Virus record (IMG/VR): IMGVR_UViG_3300017917_000095
Location: 1-64,000 of that record
Length of the DNA: 64,000 bases
DNA from: a virus
Direction: 5' to 3' (one strand)
Notes under the pieces: model-generated
The model's database searches: none
The model's input: the letters and a program-made list of their open reading frames with translations, nothing else
Told to the model about the DNA's origin: nothing
Made by a program: the position numbers and the translations under genes
Part shown: positions 57,682 to 64,000 of the stretch, one piece after another
How the letters are laid out: every line of letters starts with the position of its first letter
How positions within the stretch are numbered: position 1 is the first letter of the stretch

Positions 57682-58655
57682 AAAAGATATTAGTCTGTGG
57701 AGCAGGTGGATTCATTGGATCCCACTTAGTCAAGAAATTAAAACAAGATGGTCACTATGTAATTGGGGTAGATTTAAAAGCCCCGTTGTACGAGAATTCT
57801 GTAGCTGATGAATTCCATTTAATGGACTTACGTGACCAACGTAGAGTCAGTAAGTTAATTAACGGAACAATTGACGAGATTTATCAATTGGCCGCTGACA
57901 TGGGTGGCGCAGGGTATATTTTTACGGGTGAACACGATGCTGATATCATGCATAATTCAGCAATGATTAACTTAAACATCCTGGATGAAATGCGTACTAA
58001 AGGCGTGAAGAAGATTTTCTACAGTAGTTCAGCATGTATGTACCCAAGTCATAATCAAGAGGATCCTGACAATCCGTTACTTACAGAAGATAGCGCATAC
58101 CCTGCAAACCCAGACAGTGAGTATGGATGGGAGAAACTATTCAGTGAACGTCTATACATGAGTTATGCTAGAAACTACGGCTTTGATGTACGTATAGCAC
58201 GTTTCCACAATGTATTCGGACCCTATGGTTCATGGAATAATGGCAAAGAGAAAGCACCCGCGGCTCTTTGCAGAAAAGTAGCAACTGTCGAGCCCGGCGG
58301 AACAATAGATATATGGGGTCCGGGCACACAAACTCGCAGCTTCTTATACATTGATGAATGTATAGAGGGTATGCAACGTTTGATGGATAGCGACTTCACG
58401 GGCCCGGTAAATCTGGGCAGTGAACGCATGATTTCAATAAACAATCTAGTATTCTTGATCGGTCGTCTAGTAGACAAGAATGTGTGCATACGTAACGTAG
58501 ACGGTCCAATGGGTGTCATGGGTCGTAACAGTGACAACAATCTTATCAGAGAAAAGCTAGGCTGGGCTCCGCAAGAGAACTTAGAAGATGGCTTGATTAA
58601 GACATACAATTGGATTGTTGAACAAATAGAACAAGGTAAATCGGATGAGAAATGA
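57678..58655 (+). CDS. GDP-mannose 3,5-epimerase-like NAD-dependent epimerase (extended SDR)
   Basis: GAGGFIG, YQLAADMGGAGYI, SSACMYP, YGWEK, RFHNVFGP.G.W.NGKEKAPAALCRKV, QTRSFLYIDEC and GVMGRNSDN are all characteristic of the GME subfamily. Confidence 0.88.
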   Translation: MKKILVCGAGGFIGSHLVKKLKQDGHYVIGVDLKAPLYENSVADEFHLMDLRDQRRVSKLINGTIDEIYQLAADMGGAGYIFTGEHDADIMHNSAMINLNILDEMRTKGVKKIFYSSSACMYPSHNQEDPDNPLLTEDSAYPANPDSEYGWEKLFSERLYMSYARNYGFDVRIARFHNVFGPYGSWNNGKEKAPAALCRKVATVEPGGTIDIWGPGTQTRSFLYIDECIEGMQRLMDSDFTGPVNLGSERMISINNLVFLIGRLVDKNVCIRNVDGPMGVMGRNSDNNLIREKLGWAPQENLEDGLIKTYNWIVEQIEQGKSDEK

Positions 58656-59734
58656 CAAGAGCCTACATCCTTCAGATTTACCCCAAGCACACTCCTGAAT
58701 ATTACATACCAATAATCCAAGATATCAAAGACAAGAACCCTGACAAAATTCTAATATTTTCGTTGGGGGAAATCACAGTAGAATATATCTATGAATTTCT
58801 GTTCAGAGATATACAGAGTTGGCTAATTGAGAATAACAAGTATCTCCATGTTTTATGGGCCGGCCCCGACATGGAGATAAGCCCGCATATACTAGGTGTC
58901 AACACAATAGGATCAGCGTTTGGAAATGTGTCAAACGTATATGCATTGAAAGAGCAGTACGGGGAACCCGATCTGTCTACATGTACCAAGTTGTTCACAT
59001 CATACAATAACAATGCCAAGTTCGAACGCAAATACTTTGTAGACTTGTGTGCAGAGTTTGATCTAATTAAAGATGGTGTTGTCACGTACAGATATCCTAA
59101 TTTAAAAGTAGTCCCTAATTATGAATGGAAATATCATGATGGCTCTGTATTATTTGACGAGCCTAATTTTGATTTAGGAGCAAGTACATCCACTCCGGGC
59201 AGCTTACCCACTCGCTATTTCGAGGGGTTTATTGACATAGTATGTGAAACAGATAGCAGAAACGGCTTTTACATACCTACTGAAAAGACAGCTAAACCAT
59301 TGGGTGCAATGAAGCCGTTCTTAGTTATCAGTAGTATGCACTATCACAAGTTCCTATATGAAGAATACGGCATAGAAATGTACGAGGAATTGTTTGACTA
59401 TACTTTTGACAACGAACCTGATCTTAGAAAGCGCATACAAGGTGTAGTTCGAAACTTAGTTAGACTACGCAATAAGTTCAATAAGAACCCAGAACTAAGA
59501 CAAGAGATATATGAGTCAATAAAGCCCAAATTGTTACGCAACAGAGAAATGGCTTTAAATACACTTCATACATTGCGTAGTAAAAACAAATTGATACCAG
59601 ACTGCTTGAAATTCATAACAGAAGAAGCTGATTACGAATTATTGGGTGAGACAGTAAATGACGGTGGTGGAAAGCATTTTTACACAGATAAAGCATGGCA
59701 CCTAGACTCTAGGTTTTATTGGGAAAAGAAATGA
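58652..59734 (+). CDS. GT10-like glycosyltransferase
   Basis: LFTSYNN..KFER and DIVCETD...PTEKTAKP...KPFLV..YEELFDYTFD motifs. Confidence 0.55.
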   Translation: MTRAYILQIYPKHTPEYYIPIIQDIKDKNPDKILIFSLGEITVEYIYEFLFRDIQSWLIENNKYLHVLWAGPDMEISPHILGVNTIGSAFGNVSNVYALKEQYGEPDLSTCTKLFTSYNNNAKFERKYFVDLCAEFDLIKDGVVTYRYPNLKVVPNYEWKYHDGSVLFDEPNFDLGASTSTPGSLPTRYFEGFIDIVCETDSRNGFYIPTEKTAKPLGAMKPFLVISSMHYHKFLYEEYGIEMYEELFDYTFDNEPDLRKRIQGVVRNLVRLRNKFNKNPELRQEIYESIKPKLLRNREMALNTLHTLRSKNKLIPDCLKFITEEADYELLGETVNDGGGKHFYTDKAWHLDSRFYWEKK

Positions 59735-60618
59735 CGAAAAAGAAATACATTGTAGGATTAGGCTGTAGTTGGACACAAGGCGAAGGTGGATATCCTGAAC
59801 ACATCTGGAATCAACACAACGGCCGTGTACAATTGCGCGGAGTCCCTGACGAACATCTGCGTGTATACGAGCATGAAAACAGTTGGGTCAATGTACTATG
59901 TAAAGAACACTTCCCAGACTATACTCCCATGAACTTAGGAGCACGTGGCATAGGAAATAATGCTGCGGTGCATCAATTGCATTTCTGTGATAGAATCGAT
60001 TGGGATAACAGTGAGGGTTATATTGTATTACTGTTGAGTGGCTTTGAGCGTTATGACTTCTTCCATCAGACTCCTCGCTATAAGAACAATCACGATGACG
60101 GTTACAGCAACGGGGAATATACACACTATAAGTGGCGCACAGCATGGCCTATTGCAGGGGAAGGTGGCGAAGAAGAACCCCTGTGGGCGACATACGGGAA
60201 AATGCTATGGAGCGAACAGTTTCAAGCAAGTAGTCAACTCATGGCCCTGTTAGACTTACAAACATTTGCAAAGGCACATGGGTTTAAAGTCATAGTAGCA
60301 AACGCATTTAACCAATATCCCAAGAATAATGGCGTAGACGGTGTAATTAGCTATATCGCACAAAACACGGGCAAGATGGCTACGAAATTCGATTGGTCTA
60401 CGTACTTACATTCACGTGTAGACTATACAGCAATGGTGCAAAGACTTGTTGAACTAGATGGACTCATGAACCCAAAAGACTGGGGAGGACATTACGAGTT
60501 CTATCAGAAGAGGGCATGGCCAGCTAAATATCTTACTAACTGTATCCATCCGACGGTTGAGGGATACAAGTTCATTGCTAAAGAACTAGCACAGTTTATA
60601 AAGACATACCATGCATAA
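59731..60618 (+). CDS. SGNH/GDSL-fold hydrolase or acyltransferase
   Basis: Block I GLGCSWTQG, block II NLGARGIGN and C-terminal CIHPTVEGY. Start probably ATG 59731 (ATGA overlap). Confidence 0.7.
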   Translation: MTKKKYIVGLGCSWTQGEGGYPEHIWNQHNGRVQLRGVPDEHLRVYEHENSWVNVLCKEHFPDYTPMNLGARGIGNNAAVHQLHFCDRIDWDNSEGYIVLLLSGFERYDFFHQTPRYKNNHDDGYSNGEYTHYKWRTAWPIAGEGGEEEPLWATYGKMLWSEQFQASSQLMALLDLQTFAKAHGFKVIVANAFNQYPKNNGVDGVISYIAQNTGKMATKFDWSTYLHSRVDYTAMVQRLVELDGLMNPKDWGGHYEFYQKRAWPAKYLTNCIHPTVEGYKFIAKELAQFIKTYHA

Positions 60619-62542
60619 GAAGAAAAAGATCAGTTTCGTTAGTCCTAATTTTCAGCAAGGCCCGAAAGAATTAAACGCCTTCTATTTACCATATAGCACG
60701 GGCGTATTATGGGCATACGTCAATCAATTTCCTATTGTACAAGACAACTATGAATTAGGGGAATTTATTTGGCGCAGAGAAGAAATCAGTGACGTTGTAG
60801 AACAATTAAAAGACAGCGATGTTGTCTGTTTCAGTTGTTATGTATGGAATCGTAGCTATACCAAAGAGCTTGGAAAAGCATTGAAATTAGCTAATCCAAA
60901 CGTATTCATGATCGGTGGCGGCCCCGAATTTCCTATTGAAAAAGAAGATATCTTTGAACGTTATAGTTTCCTAGATATCTGTGTTAAGCTTGAGGGTGAA
61001 AAGACTTTCCGTCGCATACTAGAAGAACATGTACAAGAAACACCTGACTATAAATCAATCGCAGGCATGCTATTGAACGAGAACGGCAAGCCTTTTAATA
61101 CAGGTGACACTGTTCGTATTGACGACTTAGACACGATCCCAAGTCCTTATTTGACAGGCGTGTTTGACAAGCTTATGGCTAAGTTCCCCGAGATACGTTG
61201 GAACGGTACACTAGAAACTAACCGTGGTTGCCCTTATGCATGTACATTCTGTGACTGGGGTTCACTAACATATAACAAAGTAAAGATATTCGACCTAGAA
61301 CGTGTGTTCGATGAACTAGAATGGATGGGTTCACATAACTTTGACTTTATCAGTATCACAGACGCAAACTTTGGTATCTTTGCCGAACGTGATAGCATGA
61401 TTGCTGATAAGCTTATTGAAGTACAAAAGAAGTATGGTAACCCACGTGCATACACAATCGCATGGGCAAAGAATCAAAAGAAAGAAGTTGTCGATATTGT
61501 TAAGAAATTGATTTATGAGGGTGGCAGTAAGCTTGGCCTCAACCTATCAGTACAGACAATGGACGAGAACACACTAGAGATTATCAAGCGTAAGAACCTA
61601 GATACAAACAAAATTGAAGATGTGTTTGCACTATGCGAAGAAAACAATATCCCATTGTACACTGAATTAATTCTAGGGTTGCCGGGTGAGACATTAAACA
61701 GTTGGAAAGAAAACTTCTCCAGACTCTATAAAGCAGGCAATCACACAGGTATTACTGTATATCAGGCACAATTGCTTGAGAACGCTGAAATGAGTTTGAC
61801 ACAGCGTAAGATGTATAAGCTAGAAGGTAGTATGGTATATGACTATCTAGCCGGCTCATATAACGAATATAATCTACAAGAGGGTGTTGAGATTGTTGTT
61901 TCAACACGTGACTTGCCACCTGAGAAGATGTTGCAAGCACAATTATACAGTTGGTTTCAGAATACATTCCACATTAATGGAATTACTAATTACATTAGCC
62001 GATTACTATACAAGAAATACGGTGTTGAATACAGAGATTTCTACGATAAGCTTTACACATATGTTGAAAAAGACCCATGGTATAAGTCTGAGATTGACAG
62101 AATTACCGAACACTATAAACACTGGGGAACACGTGGAAAGATTCATCATGATCTAGTTGAGGGTATGGAGATTCACGGTTGGAACTTGATTCACAGTACA
62201 ATCATTATCCTACAGAGTCAGGCTAAGCATAGTCATACCTTTGAATTGATTGAAGATTTCATGCGTAAAGAATACCCATTGGAAGAGTCATTGCATCAAG
62301 ACTTAATGAAGTTACAGCGTAACTATCTAATTGACTATACACAAGCACAAAGCTATCCTAAGACCTTAGAGTTCAAGCATGATATCTTTGGGTATTTGCA
62401 GGACCAGAATGAATTAGAAGTTCCTTCTGTCTATGAATATGAGTTCCCGGAAGATAAAGATATGTCATTGCAAAAGTTCTGTGAACAAATCTTCTTTGCA
62501 AGACGTAGAAACTTCGGTAAAGCCTGGGTCGCTAGAAAATGA
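60611..62542 (+). CDS. Cobalamin-binding (class B) radical SAM enzyme, probable methyltransferase
   Basis: N-terminal B12-binding domain (LPYSTG, FSCYVWN, GGPE, EGE), then ETNRGCPYACTFCDW, DANFG and ELILGLPGET. Confidence 0.88.
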   Translation: MHKKKKISFVSPNFQQGPKELNAFYLPYSTGVLWAYVNQFPIVQDNYELGEFIWRREEISDVVEQLKDSDVVCFSCYVWNRSYTKELGKALKLANPNVFMIGGGPEFPIEKEDIFERYSFLDICVKLEGEKTFRRILEEHVQETPDYKSIAGMLLNENGKPFNTGDTVRIDDLDTIPSPYLTGVFDKLMAKFPEIRWNGTLETNRGCPYACTFCDWGSLTYNKVKIFDLERVFDELEWMGSHNFDFISITDANFGIFAERDSMIADKLIEVQKKYGNPRAYTIAWAKNQKKEVVDIVKKLIYEGGSKLGLNLSVQTMDENTLEIIKRKNLDTNKIEDVFALCEENNIPLYTELILGLPGETLNSWKENFSRLYKAGNHTGITVYQAQLLENAEMSLTQRKMYKLEGSMVYDYLAGSYNEYNLQEGVEIVVSTRDLPPEKMLQAQLYSWFQNTFHINGITNYISRLLYKKYGVEYRDFYDKLYTYVEKDPWYKSEIDRITEHYKHWGTRGKIHHDLVEGMEIHGWNLIHSTIIILQSQAKHSHTFELIEDFMRKEYPLEESLHQDLMKLQRNYLIDYTQAQSYPKTLEFKHDIFGYLQDQNELEVPSVYEYEFPEDKDMSLQKFCEQIFFARRRNFGKAWVARK

Positions 62543-64000
62543 AAATATGGCACAGTATAGTAGAGAGTGAATTTAATAGCGACGGGTTATTAGCTATACT
62601 TGATGATGCTGTTAGTAAAAACGCATCTGAAGTTGTATTACTTGCTGAGACAGAATGGCAAACGCCCGGTGTTTATGATGCTATCGTTAATAGATACAAC
62701 GAAAAGAATATTAAACTAACCATTGTCTATTGTTCTGTTCATAGTCCGTACTATGAGAAATTCGCTAGTGATTCTAAATTACCTAGCGAGAATATTCACT
62801 ACTGGCCTACATACTGGTTGTCCTGGAGTCTTGAGAACCTAACAAGCACATATACATATCAGAATAATACAGTCGATCCTAGCAAATTCAAATACCCTTT
62901 TATCTCATTGAATAACCGTAGCCATTTGCATCGTTGTGTATTCATTGACGAGATGGCTAAACAGGATTTGATTGATCGTGGAGTTGTCACGTGGGTAAAG
63001 CATTTGAGCGAGAATCCAGACTACCCATACAAACACTTTGATAACCGTCAGTTGACATTGAATGATGACTTCGAGAACAAATTGGATTCGTTTATGTTGC
63101 CCAATGAGTTCAATGAATCACTGTTTCACATGGTTACCGAAGCTACGCATCTTACTGGGTTTATATCTGAAAAGACAGCTATCCCATTGTTCATGAAGAA
63201 GCCGTTTATTGTACTGTCTGCACCCCACTATCAAAAGCATTTAGACGATCTAGGATTCTTGCGCTATGACGAAATTATCGACTATAGCTATGATGATATA
63301 GAGGATTTAGAGTTACGCACCGAGAAATTTGTAGCCAATATTCATAGATTCAAAGATATGAATTTAGCAGAGGTCTATGAATTATTGCGTGAAAAGATAG
63401 AATACAATCACAATCGTGCAATAGAACTGACAAAGGATCTTAGCTATATCCCTGAGCCTATACGTGAACGCTATCAACATGTACAGACAAATGGTGTCGA
63501 ATTCTTAACTGACCGTAGATATATCAAGTTCGTGAATCAAGCATCTAACCCTATAGTCTATCATATATGGGATGATCGCTTGCCTAGAGTCATTGAGAAG
63601 TTAGATACTACGTTACATGGCATAGAACACATAATTCTCAATGCTGCTATCGAATACAATTACGGTGTTATCGGTGGCAGAAAAGAATTAATGGATAAGC
63701 TTATCCAGTTGACAGATTCTGCTGGAATAAAACTTGATGTCATAACGGGAACATGCGATACCTATAATTTAATTGACACTAATATACATAAGCATGTCAG
63801 TGTATATTACTGGCCCACGTTCTGGTTAACAATGCTATTGATGCGTTTGTCAGTTAGTCCCAACTATCAGATGAATATGGCAGTTGGGCTAGATGTATTC
63901 AAGATACGTGTAAATGAAAACACTCCGTTAAAGTATCCATATATCTCTATGAACAAGGCCCCAAAGCTTCACAGGGCAATGCTGATGGACATGCTTGCTA
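62539..64000 (+). CDS. Tandem two-domain GT10-like glycosyltransferase (runs off the window)
   Basis: Not in the ORF track because it has no stop in the window. Manual translation gives MKIWHSIVES..., with YWPTYWL..KYPFISLNNRSHLHR..VTEAT..FISEKTAIP..KPFI..DYSYD, then a second copy YWPTFWL..KYPYISMNKAPKLHR. Confidence 0.7.
   Translation, partial: MKIWHSIVESEFNSDGLLAILDDAVSKNASEVVLLAETEWQTPGVYDAIVNRYNEKNIKLTIVYCSVHSPYYEKFASDSKLPSENIHYWPTYWLSWSLENLTSTYTYQNNTVDPSKFKYPFISLNNRSHLHRCVFIDEMAKQDLIDRGVVTWVKHLSENPDYPYKHFDNRQLTLNDDFENKLDSFMLPNEFNESLFHMVTEATHLTGFISEKTAIPLFMKKPFIVLSAPHYQKHLDDLGFLRYDEIIDYSYDDIEDLELRTEKFVANIHRFKDMNLAEVYELLREKIEYNHNRAIELTKDLSYIPEPIRERYQHVQTNGVEFLTDRRYIKFVNQASNPIVYHIWDDRLPRVIEKLDTTLHGIEHIILNAAIEYNYGVIGGRKELMDKLIQLTDSAGIKLDVITGTCDTYNLIDTNIHKHVSVYYWPTFWLTMLLMRLSVSPNYQMNMAVGLDVFKIRVNENTPLKYPYISMNKAPKLHRAMLMDMLA

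Noticed and set aside
1-64000. Stop-codon reassignment: none of the roughly 35 complete genes ends in TAG
   Set aside because: All genes, including the 6529-aa ORF, are intact in code 11 with no in-frame TAG. TAG is normally rare in AT-rich phages, so its absence in this sample is weak evidence.

Overview
This window is a dense 64 kb segment of a large T4-like myovirus (jumbo-phage type) genome, read in the standard genetic code. The left part (1-13.4 kb, mostly minus strand) encodes: portal gp20 (truncated by the window edge); a tape measure protein with a GH19 muralytic domain; the gp26/gp51-like pair; the only long non-coding gap in the window (about 540 nt, packed with hairpins); an Hjc-type Holliday junction resolvase; gp46 and gp47, split by two Stf0-like sulfotransferases; and the late sigma factor gp55. 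The middle (13.4-47 kb, plus strand) is the baseplate and tail module: gp48/54-like, gp53, hub, gp5 with a long C-terminal extension, gp25, gp6, a 6529-aa repeat-rich wedge/fibre protein, and fibre proteins. The right part (47-64 kb) is an unbroken, translationally coupled run behind a late-promoter motif. It holds GT-A and GT10-like glycosyltransferases, five SPASM/twitch radical SAM enzymes, a GDP-mannose 3,5-epimerase, an SGNH hydrolase and a B12-dependent radical SAM enzyme. The best candidates for new biology are: (1) this late glycan synthesis and tailoring operon, possibly for virion glycosylation; (2) a roughly 480-nt structured minus-strand RNA or origin element at 6.84-7.32 kb; (3) a -1 frameshift signal (T TTT TTC, 7-nt spacer, stem-loop) that would fuse gp26 to the next ORF, like lambda G/GT. 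All family calls come from recognising motifs by eye; no database searches were run.
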